A DNA stretch of 34,873 nt. Source: Candidatus Moraniibacteriota bacterium. Its GTDB lineage: Bacteria; Patescibacteriota; Minisyncoccia; Moranbacterales; UBA9337. Location: the NCBI GenBank assembly GCA_023229615.1, contig JALNYX010000004.1:1-34873 (forward strand), read 5' to 3'. The notes beneath the pieces are model-generated. The model saw only the letters and a program-made list of their open reading frames with translations. It had not been told where the DNA came from and did not search any database. The position numbers and the translations under genes were made by a program. This document shows positions 27,795 through 34,873 of this stretch, in pieces (position 1 is the first letter of the stretch; each line of letters begins with the position of its first letter).

Positions 27795-28358
27795 ATGAAA
27801 AGAGTGATTGTTGGTTTGGGTTGTTTACTTGCAGTTGTTTTTTTTGCTGGCCAAGCTGTGGCTAGTACGGTAATTGACTTCAATGATGGCAGTCTTGAAC
27901 TGCCAATGGTCGTTGATGGCTATCTGATCCTGTCTCCGTTGGATGCACCGGAAGACAGGATTGTATATGACCCTGCCACGGGAGAGGGATACCTTGAGGC
28001 TGGCTTCTGGGTTGGGGTTGAGCGTCTCGATGGAAACGCTTTCGTTCTCGGAGGATTTGATGGCAGATCCCCGTCCGGGACAATAGCCGTGTGGACGGAG
28101 GAACATCAAGTAGCCTTTGCCGTTGGAACGGATTCGTTCCAACCAGCAGTGGCTCCCACGGAAGGATGGGACCCAAATGAGTCTTTTTTCTCCCTTTCCT
28201 TTTGGGCGGGGGATGTTGACAATTTGGAATTGAGGGAGAAGATCTTGATTCCAAAGCCGCCAATTGACAGGACGTCAGCAGTTCCGCTTCCTGGAGCCGT
28301 GTGGCTTCTTGGGGCAGGAATCTCAGTGTTGTTGGCGACTAATCGTCGTCGGAAATAG
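27795..28358 (+). CDS. secreted protein with VPLPA-CTERM (PEP-CTERM-like) sorting signal
   Basis: RBS AAGGAG; signal peptide MKRVIVGLGCLLAVVFFAGQAVA; C-terminus AVPLPGAVWLLGAGISVLLATNRRRK. Confidence 0.85.
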   Translation: MKRVIVGLGCLLAVVFFAGQAVASTVIDFNDGSLELPMVVDGYLILSPLDAPEDRIVYDPATGEGYLEAGFWVGVERLDGNAFVLGGFDGRSPSGTIAVWTEEHQVAFAVGTDSFQPAVAPTEGWDPNESFFSLSFWAGDVDNLELREKILIPKPPIDRTSAVPLPGAVWLLGAGISVLLATNRRRK

Positions 28359-28373
28359 ACTGGGAATGTTCAG

Positions 28374-28427
28374 AGCGAGCGTTCTTTTGATGGTAATTTT
28401 TACCAAAGAAAGGACCTCGCTTTTTTT
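28374..28427 (+). terminator. probable intrinsic terminator
   Basis: AGCGAG...TGGTAA-TTT-TTACCA...CTCGCT followed by a T run. Confidence 0.55.
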
Positions 28428-28548
28428 ATTTTTTCAAATGTAAGATTTAGGTTTTATTTTTTCATTTTTTGTGTTATATTTATTTTAGTTTGATGAATAA
28501 GAAATCCATCTTTATTTTTGATGTTTAAAATGAGAAAAGTAAACTTGT

Positions 28549-29322
28549 ATGCAGAAACAAAAAATTGCTATTGTTAGTTTGACTTCTTGTGAAGGTTGTC
28601 AGTTTGCGCTTTTGGATTTGGGACAGAGGTTTTTGGATTTGATGAACCAGGTGGAAATGGTGGATTTCCGTCTTTTGGAGGATGAAGAAGATGCGGGAGG
28701 AAAATTGGATATCGGAATTGTGGAGGGAAATCCAACTACCAAAGAAAATATTGAAACGCTCAAGAAGCTTCGCAAACGGAGTAAACTTTTGGTAGTACTT
28801 GGAAACTGCGCGGCAATGGGAGGAGTTCCGGAAATCAAAAATTATCAACAACAGAAAAATACAATCAAACACGTGTATAAATATATTCAAGGAATTGAAA
28901 ATCCGGAAATTAGAGAGGTGGATAATTTCGTGAAAGTTGATTTTGTTTTTCCCGGATGCCCGATTAATGGTGAGGAATTTGTAAAATATTTTCCAGAATT
29001 ATTGAAGGCTTGCTTGCCGGAAGGAGCGGGTAAAATTCCAGTTATTCCCGATCAGCCGGTTTGCGTGGAATGTAAGAAAAATGGAAACAAATGTTTGTTG
29101 CTTGAGAAAAAACCTTGTTTTGGTCCGATGATTCAGGGTGGGTGCAATGCCGTTTGTCCGAGTTCAAGAATGATGTGCCAAGGTTGTCGCGGACTTCGTC
29201 CAACTGGAAACGTGAAAGCAATGCGAGCAACACTCAAAAATTTTATGACTGATGAAGAATTTGAAAATACAACGGAGATTTTCGGACTCAGAGATGATAT
29301 TGAAGATAGGGGAAGGAAATAA
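28549..29322 (+). CDS. [NiFe]-hydrogenase small subunit, group 3 (3b delta-like)
   Basis: TSCEGC, VEG, LGNCAAMGG, PGCP, distal CVEC..CLL..PCFGP..GCNAVCP..CQGCRG; no Tat signal. Confidence 0.88.
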   Translation: MQKQKIAIVSLTSCEGCQFALLDLGQRFLDLMNQVEMVDFRLLEDEEDAGGKLDIGIVEGNPTTKENIETLKKLRKRSKLLVVLGNCAAMGGVPEIKNYQQQKNTIKHVYKYIQGIENPEIREVDNFVKVDFVFPGCPINGEEFVKYFPELLKACLPEGAGKIPVIPDQPVCVECKKNGNKCLLLEKKPCFGPMIQGGCNAVCPSSRMMCQGCRGLRPTGNVKAMRATLKNFMTDEEFENTTEIFGLRDDIEDRGRK

Positions 29323-29354
29323 GACAAATCAGGCACATAAGACTTATTGGACAT
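29319..29354 (+). repeat. degenerate 9-mer tandem repeat between the hydrogenase subunit genes
   Basis: ataagacaa atcaggcac ataagactt attggacat; same family as 10512-10538. Confidence 0.55.
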
Positions 29355-29364
29355 ATAAAAAATT

Positions 29365-30627
29365 ATGCAAATAAAACTGAATCATATAAATAAAATTGAG
29401 GGACACGCCGGGTTTATGGCGAGTGTTCTTAATGGAGATGTGAAGTCGGCAAAGATTGAAGTAAAAGAGGGGATTCGCTTGATTGAAGGAATTTTGATTG
29501 GACGGCATTATGCCGATATGCCGGTGGTGGCGCAAAGAATTTGTGGGATATGCCCAGTAGTGCATAATCTCACTTCAATCAAATCTATTGAGAACGCTAT
29601 GGGGGTGAAAGTTTCACAGGAAACAATCAATTTGAGAAAGGCTTTGGAATGGGGGCAAATTATTCACTCCCATTCGCTCCACCTTTTCTTTTTGTCGTTG
29701 GCTGATTTTTTGGATATTGATAATGATTTGAAATTGGTGGAAAAGTATCCCGAGGAAACTCAAAAGGCGATTGCGCTTCGAGAATATGGGATGGCGATTG
29801 TGAAAATAATCGGCGGGCGCGTGGTACATCCGCTTACCAATGAAGTTGGAGGTTTCAAAAAAGTTCCTCGATTGGAAGAGATTCAAACTTTAATAAAACA
29901 AGGAGAGGCTACGCTTTTGACAGCTTTTGAAGTAGCGGAATTTTTCAAAGGAATAAAATTGCCAAAATTCGAAAGAGAAACTGAATATGTTTGCTTGGAC
30001 GCGCGTGGTGAGTATGCGATTTATGACGGAGATTTGGTTTCCAATCGCGGACTCAATGTTCCAGTTTTGGAATTTGAAAAGAATTTTCATGAAGTTCAAC
30101 GTCCAAGGGAAATTATCAAAAGAGTGGAGTCGGACGGAAAAACCAGTTATATGGTCGGCGCAATTGCGAGAATAAATAATCATCACAAAAAACTTCATTC
30201 CAGAGCCACACAATATCTTGATTCGCTCGGATTTTCTTTGCCGGATTACAACCCATTTCACAATGTTTTGTATCAAATGGTGGAGGTTATCCATGGAATT
30301 GAAGAGTCGTTGCGGATTTTGCACATTTTAGCTAACAGTAATTTGGAAAATGCTATCACGAAAGAGTATCAGGTGCGAGAGGGGTTTGGAGTTGCCGCTG
30401 TGGAAGCGCCGCGCGGAACACTTTATTACCACGTTGATATTGATAGTAAAGGTTATATTAAAGATGTAAATATCATATCGCCGACAGCTCAATTTTTGAG
30501 CCATCTGGAAGACGATATCAAGAAATATTTGCCGGAAATTTTAAATATTTCAGATAAGGATAAAGAAAAAAAAATGCGCGCTTTTATACGGGCATATGAC
30601 CCGTGTATAAGTTGCGCAGTACACTAA
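29365..30627 (+). CDS. [NiFe]-hydrogenase large subunit, group 3 (3b alpha-like), no C-terminal extension
   Basis: KIEGH, L1 RICGICPVVH, HSHSLHLFFL, GGRVVHP, MVGAIAR, EAPRGTLYYH, L2 RAYDPCISCAVH then stop. Confidence 0.92.
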   Translation: MQIKLNHINKIEGHAGFMASVLNGDVKSAKIEVKEGIRLIEGILIGRHYADMPVVAQRICGICPVVHNLTSIKSIENAMGVKVSQETINLRKALEWGQIIHSHSLHLFFLSLADFLDIDNDLKLVEKYPEETQKAIALREYGMAIVKIIGGRVVHPLTNEVGGFKKVPRLEEIQTLIKQGEATLLTAFEVAEFFKGIKLPKFERETEYVCLDARGEYAIYDGDLVSNRGLNVPVLEFEKNFHEVQRPREIIKRVESDGKTSYMVGAIARINNHHKKLHSRATQYLDSLGFSLPDYNPFHNVLYQMVEVIHGIEESLRILHILANSNLENAITKEYQVREGFGVAAVEAPRGTLYYHVDIDSKGYIKDVNIISPTAQFLSHLEDDIKKYLPEILNISDKDKEKKMRAFIRAYDPCISCAVH

Positions 30628-30631
30628 ATTT

Positions 30632-30907
30632 ATGCATGATTTTTTGCTTGCTAAGGAGATAGTTGATGAGGTTTTGAAAATTGTCGGGGAAAAAAAATTG
30701 AAAAAAGTTTCTCGAGTTGATGTCGAGATTGGTCAGATTGCGATGGCGCACGACGGACACGATGAGCATATTGAAGATATTTCGATTGAAAATTTGAAGT
30801 TTGGATTGGAAGGAATTTCGAGAAATACCATTTTGAAGGATGCGGAATTTGGTATAAAAAAAATTGAAGGCGAACATTGGAAAATTGTTTTAATTGAAGG
30901 GGAATAG
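30632..30907 (+). CDS. hypA: HypA-like nickel metallochaperone lacking the zinc-binding domain
   Basis: MHDFLLAKEIV, KVSRVDVEIG, ENLKFGLE, terminal KIVLIEGE; 4 nt downstream of the large subunit; contains no Cys. Confidence 0.75.
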   Translation: MHDFLLAKEIVDEVLKIVGEKKLKKVSRVDVEIGQIAMAHDGHDEHIEDISIENLKFGLEGISRNTILKDAEFGIKKIEGEHWKIVLIEGE

Positions 30908-30934
30908 AGTGTTTTTTTAATTGATTATTATAAA

Positions 30935-31078
30935 TAGGACTTACGCATTTAGATAATTTTCGTATGGTTTTCCGAAAAAATATTTTTTTCTCCGGTCCTT
31001 TCGAGAGACACGGACAGCTGCGAAAAAAACATTTTTCCGGGAAACCGAGAGTTTTGTTATCTAATTACGCAAGTCTTA
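30935..31078. repeat. palindromic MITE/REP-like element, long copy (~144 bp)
   Basis: Outer IR GACTTACGCATTTAGATAA / TTATCTAATTACGCAAGTC; inner IR GGTTTTCCGAAAAAATATTTTTTTC / GAAAAAAACATTTTTCCGGGAAACC. Confidence 0.75.
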
Positions 31079-31088
31079 AATAAAAAAT

Positions 31089-32096
31089 ATGTTTGGAAAA
31101 AAGAAAGTTAAAATTGCAATTAATGGGTTTGGGAGAATTGGGCGGCCGTCGCTTAAGATTGCTTTGGAAAAAGGAATCGAAGTTGTCGCAATCAATGATT
31201 TGACTGATATTGAAACTGTCGCGCATCTGCTCAAATATGATTCATCATATGGAGTGTATGCAAAAAATGTGGAAGTGGACAAGGAAAAAAGCGAGCTTGT
31301 TGTTGATGGAAAAAGAATTAAATATTTTTCTGAGATGGATCCGAAAAATCTTCCCTGGGAAAAGTTGCAGGTGGACGTGGTTTTGGAGTGTACAGGAGCG
31401 TTTCTCACGAAAGAAAAGGTGCAAGCGCATCTCGATGCGGGAGCGAAGAAAGTTTTGATGTCCGCTCCTCCCAAGGATGATGTCCCGGTATATCTTTTGG
31501 GTGTGAATGAAAAAGAATATCAAGGCGAAGCGGTGGTTTCCAATGGATCTTGCACGACCAATTGTTTGGCGCCGATGATAAAGGTGTTGGACGAACTTTG
31601 CGGAATTGAAAAAGGGTTTATGACCACCACTCATTCATATACCAATGATCAAAGAGTTCTTGATCTTCCGCACAAAGATTTGCGACGAGCCAGAGCGGCT
31701 GCGCTTAATATCATTCCGACTTCTACCGGAGCGGCAAAAACAGTAGGAAAGGTAATCAAACATTTGGAGGGAAAAATTGATGGAATTTCACTCCGCGTTC
31801 CGACGCCAGTTGTTTCGATTGTTGATTTTGTTTGTACAGTAAAAAATCCGAAATCAGCTGAAGAAATTAACGTTGTTTTCCGCGAGGCATCCAAGGGGGA
31901 ATTGGCGGGAATATTGGATGCGACTGACAAAGAATTGGTGTCGATGGATTACAAAATGAATCCGATGAGTGCAATTGTGGATCTTCCGCTCACGATGTCG
32001 CAGGATAATATGGTGAAAATTGTAGGATGGTATGATAATGAATGGGGGTATTCAAACCGTTTAGTGGAAATGGCAGAATATATCTCGAAATTGTAA
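31089..32096 (+). CDS. gap: type I glyceraldehyde-3-phosphate dehydrogenase
   Basis: AINGFGRIGR, SNGSCTTNCLAP, HSYTNDQ, DLRRARAAALNIIPTSTGAAK, RVPT, WYDNEWGYS. Confidence 0.98.
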   Translation: MFGKKKVKIAINGFGRIGRPSLKIALEKGIEVVAINDLTDIETVAHLLKYDSSYGVYAKNVEVDKEKSELVVDGKRIKYFSEMDPKNLPWEKLQVDVVLECTGAFLTKEKVQAHLDAGAKKVLMSAPPKDDVPVYLLGVNEKEYQGEAVVSNGSCTTNCLAPMIKVLDELCGIEKGFMTTTHSYTNDQRVLDLPHKDLRRARAAALNIIPTSTGAAKTVGKVIKHLEGKIDGISLRVPTPVVSIVDFVCTVKNPKSAEEINVVFREASKGELAGILDATDKELVSMDYKMNPMSAIVDLPLTMSQDNMVKIVGWYDNEWGYSNRLVEMAEYISKL

Positions 32097-32109
32097 AATT
32101 ATTTTTTCC

Positions 32110-32160
32110 AAAAAACCGCCTCGATTTTTCGAAGCGGTTTTTTATTTGCTAAAATATTGA
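32110..32160 (+). terminator. intrinsic terminator after gap; copy 1 of a 4-copy junction repeat
   Basis: AAAAAACCGCCTCGA-TTTT-TCGAAGCGGTTTTTT then ATTTGCTAAAATATT. Confidence 0.8.
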
Positions 32161-32185
32161 CAGAAATATTTAGTTGATATATACT
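32157..32185 (+). promoter_or_regulatory. sigma70-type promoter for marR
   Basis: TTGACA-17 nt-TATACT. Confidence 0.7.
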
Positions 32186-32222
32186 TGATATGTAAAGTAT
32201 TAAGCAACTAATTATCAATATT

Positions 32223-32651
32223 ATGAAATCTGTTAATTTATCATTAAAAGTATTTATTAATTTATCTAAGATTTTAACTGAAAATAGTCGCCGATTTAAT
32301 GGCGGTTTGGATGGGCTTGGTTTTAATGAGTTTGTAATCTTGCTTCATTTGAATCAATCTCCTGATAAAAAAATTCGTAGAATAGACTTGGCGGAGAAGA
32401 TGGGCCTTACCGCTTCAGGAGTAACTAGGATACTGGCTCCAATGGAAAAAATAGGTTTGATTAAAAAAGAGACTGCCTCAAGAGATGCGCGAGTTAGTTA
32501 TGTCACGATAACTTCCAGCGGACAGCGTAATTTAACTGAAACATTAGAAAATACTCAATCATTTTTTGAAGAAATATTTCCTCCCAGTAAACTCAAAGAA
32601 TTAACCAAATTATCAGATTTACTCATTGAGCTTGGTGGAGTTATAAAATAA
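32223..32651 (+). CDS. MarR-family winged-helix transcriptional regulator
   Basis: DLAEKMGLTASGVTRILAPMEKIGLI, DAR, ITSSG. Confidence 0.9.
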   Translation: MKSVNLSLKVFINLSKILTENSRRFNGGLDGLGFNEFVILLHLNQSPDKKIRRIDLAEKMGLTASGVTRILAPMEKIGLIKKETASRDARVSYVTITSSGQRNLTETLENTQSFFEEIFPPSKLKELTKLSDLLIELGGVIK

Positions 32652-32705
32652 AATTCTTTAAATAGTTTCGCGCCTCTGATAGTGCGCTGATATAATATAT
32701 GTTAT

Positions 32706-32776
32706 AAAAAAACCGCTTCGATGAATTGAAGCGGTTTTTTTATTTGTCAAAATACTAGAGGGGATGTAAAATTGAG
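32706..32776 (+). repeat. terminator+promoter junction repeat, copy 2
   Basis: AAAAAAACCGCTTCGATGAATTGAAGCGGTTTTTTT then TTGTCA-17 nt-TAAAAT (32744-32772). Confidence 0.75.
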
Positions 32777-32913
32777 ACACGGATAGAGAAATTTAAATTT
32801 TTGAATAATGTGGACTTTTGTGGTGGAAATAAATATGACAATTTTACCTTTGTAAATTTAAGAGGGAAGGAGTGCTTTTAATATATAATAAAAAAAATAA
32901 AATATTTAAAAAT

Positions 32914-33687
32914 ATGAACAAAAGAATGCTAATCATTTTCATAGTAACAGTTGCGCTGGTCTTGGGAATAATAGTAGTCTTATTTGAGAACAGTAAAAAC
33001 CAAGACAAAAACAAATCAGCTGCAATAGTGTCATCATCAGCAGAACAAGCGTTTTTATTTTCAGATTCTGTCTTAACTGGAATGCGCAAAAGCTATACCG
33101 GAGATACTTTTGTGACATATGAAACACGTAGCGGTAAAGTTCATGAATATTATCAAGAAAAATTAAGTAAAGATGGGTGGAGGAAAATTGAAGATTTAGG
33201 AGAAGAAGATATGACAGAATGCGGAGGTGATTGGGGTGGGGTTTATGAAAAATCGGAAATGAAAATTAAAATACATATTTGCGGAGATGAAGCCGAAGGA
33301 ATTTCTAAGGATGTTAGCTTCACCTTTTATAACATTGAGCCGGAAAAAGTTTTAGGCAATAATTTTTTAGGCGCTGGACCAAATTGCGCTGTTGATGCAG
33401 AAATTAAATCTATAGAAGCTTGTGACACTGGCTCGAGTATTAAATTTAAATTAGTTATGGCAAGCGATAGGATTAATAGTTTTAGGGCAAATCTTGGTAG
33501 TTATGCTTGGAAAGAGGCATATGATATTCAAAATTTAAAGGGTAATGTTGAATTTGAAATGCTATACGAAAAAGGATGGGAGTATCACATTGAAAACGCA
33601 CTTGTTCTTCCTGTTGTTGTTTCAGGAAATGATCATTTTGATTGCTCCTCTGCAAAAAAGAATGTTGAGATAACTAGATGTAGGTAA
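32914..33687 (+). CDS. hypothetical membrane-anchored/secreted protein
   Basis: MNKRMLIIFIVTVALVLGIIVVLF N-terminal TM helix; extracellular part with paired Cys. Start at ATG 32914. Confidence 0.65.
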   Translation: MNKRMLIIFIVTVALVLGIIVVLFENSKNQDKNKSAAIVSSSAEQAFLFSDSVLTGMRKSYTGDTFVTYETRSGKVHEYYQEKLSKDGWRKIEDLGEEDMTECGGDWGGVYEKSEMKIKIHICGDEAEGISKDVSFTFYNIEPEKVLGNNFLGAGPNCAVDAEIKSIEACDTGSSIKFKLVMASDRINSFRANLGSYAWKEAYDIQNLKGNVEFEMLYEKGWEYHIENALVLPVVVSGNDHFDCSSAKKNVEITRCR

Positions 33688-33778
33688 ATAAATTGTTTTA
33701 CGATAAGCTATCTATCGCAGAGTATTACTTGGTGAAAGAAAAATTTTAGTTTATGCGATTTCATAGACTTGCATTATG

Positions 33779-33847
33779 AAAAATTTTACCTCGATTCATT
33801 TAGTCTTTTTTGTTTGCAAAAATATTAGGGGGAAGGTAAAATTAAGG
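33779..33847 (+). repeat. junction repeat, copy 3 (decayed hairpin, intact promoter)
   Basis: AAATTTTACCTCGATT...TTTTTTGT then TTGCAA-17 nt-TAAAAT (33814-33842) TAAGG. Confidence 0.65.
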
Positions 33848-33996
33848 CAGAAGTGATGCAATAATTTTCGAGGTAGAGAATGCGTGTTATGAGTAGAATT
33901 TTTTTTAATTTATTTATAGCGGAGGGAAATATAAAATTTTATCCATTATCGTTACAAAAATGATTTAATTTTACAATTATAATAAACCAGTATATC

Positions 33997-34221
33997 ATGA
34001 AAAAATATATTAAAAAAATTATCTTAGGTTTTATTTTATTATTAGCAGTAATAGTCGTTTTTAAAATTGTTCAAAATTCAGCGTGCCCAAAATACAAAGA
34101 TTGTATGCCGCAGTCATGTCCTTATCTAGATGAAGCTAATTGTCAAAAATGGGCCTGGAGCGAGGAAGGATGTAAAAAAATCGATTGGTACTGCAAGGGA
34201 AGAACTGAAATAGTTGAGTAA
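33997..34221 (+). CDS. small membrane-anchored Cys-rich hypothetical protein
   Basis: Basic N-terminus, TM helix, then six Cys in about 37 aa. Confidence 0.6.
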   Translation: MKKYIKKIILGFILLLAVIVVFKIVQNSACPKYKDCMPQSCPYLDEANCQKWAWSEEGCKKIDWYCKGRTEIVE

Positions 34222-34428
34222 TAGCCGTATCATTAAATACCGAATAATTAAAATTACATTACATGAAAAGAAAGGTTTAAATTTTACGTTGCCGCCTATC
34301 TTGTACTAATTAAAGATGGAAAAATTTTCGAATAATAATTTGAAAAAAATATTAAGTCAACAAATCATTTGGTAATTTTTTAGCTCGAAAAATAAATTGA
34401 AATAAAAATAATTTAAACTATTAAAAAT

Positions 34429-34671
34429 ATGTATCATTTAAAATATCTATATATCGTTGGGTCTGTTGTTGGCGCAGTTGTTGGAGGGATATCTTCGTTC
34501 GCAACTCATTATATTGGTAATTTTAATACCGTAAAATCAATGTCCTTAGTTATGATTAAGGTGGGTTATATATTATCAATAACATCAGCGGTAGTCGGTG
34601 CTTTAATAGGATTAATAGTAGCGCTTGTTGTTCATAGGATTATAAAGCTGCAAAAACTACCAAAAAATTAA
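34429..34671 (+). CDS. small two-helix membrane hypothetical protein
   Basis: Two Gly-rich hydrophobic segments (GSVVGAVVGG; AVVGALIGLIVALVV). Confidence 0.5.
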   Translation: MYHLKYLYIVGSVVGAVVGGISSFATHYIGNFNTVKSMSLVMIKVGYILSITSAVVGALIGLIVALVVHRIIKLQKLPKN

Positions 34672-34788
34672 ATTTATTTTTAATAAAGAAAGGGATTCTT
34701 GATTATGTCTAATAAGAATCTTCAAGGGGAAATATGATTAGGAAAAGTATTATCTAAAAGTGAGCACTTATCTTGTCAAATTGTGGTG

Positions 34789-34859
34789 AAAATTTCCGTC
34801 TTGATTTATCTGGGTGGTTTTTCATTTGCCAAAATATTAATGAGGGGGTAAAATTAAGG
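34789..34859 (+). repeat. junction repeat, copy 4
   Basis: AAAATTTCCGTCTTGATTTATCTGGGTGGTTTTTCAT then TTGCCA-17 nt-TAAAAT (34826-34854) TAAGG. Confidence 0.7.
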
Positions 34860-34873
34860 TAAGGAAAAAAAGT

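Noticed and set aside
29365-30627. [NiFeSe] hydrogenase, group 4 enzyme or complex I NuoD
   Set aside because: L2 has Cys (DPCISC) with no in-frame TGA, all four Cys ligands are present, the small subunit has distal Fe-S Cys clusters, and no membrane antiporter subunits are adjacent.
1418-32913. Longer upstream starts in the ORF track (1418, 3220, 11169, 17389, 18428, 20927, 22834, 27750, 32872)
   Set aside because: Downstream ATGs match family N-termini or RBS positions better, and several extensions overlap neighbouring genes or hairpins.
32110-34859. CRISPR array or classical integron attC sites
   Set aside because: Repeats are degenerate and 0.6-1.1 kb apart with whole genes between them. 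No cas or intI gene is present and no RYYYAAC...GTTRRRY boxes were evident by eye.

Overview
AT-rich bacterial window that looks like Patescibacteria/CPR, probably Parcubacteria (inference: no rpmD/L30, extended ribosomal proteins, a lone type IV pilin, fermentative genes; TGA is used as stop). The first half has an HI0933 flavoprotein, tuf and the S10-spc ribosomal protein cluster with a non-canonical order (rplW-rpsS-rplV-rplB-rpsC). It continues with typA inserted before a frameshifted secY, then map and ruvX. The second half has a pilin, a GT2 glycosyltransferase, galT, dedA, tpiA-fba-hypCDE, an antisense N-terminally truncated hypF, a DEDDh exonuclease, a VPLPA-CTERM protein, group 3-type (3b-like) [NiFe]-hydrogenase small and large subunits, hypA, gap, marR and small orphan membrane/secreted ORFs. 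Best leads: (1) an apparently streamlined hydrogenase and maturation set interleaved with glycolysis genes (Kae1-only HypF, HypA without its zinc domain, large subunit ending at the mature His, no hypB or endopeptidase in the window); (2) a ~120-nt structured RNA candidate with its own promoter upstream of hypF; (3) a degenerate terminator+promoter repeat in 4 copies separating unrelated small genes after gap; (4) short-period repeats in ribosomal spacers and in-frame inside hypF; (5) two related palindromic MITE-like elements bracketing the hydrogenase block. All calls come from reading motifs by eye; no searches were run.
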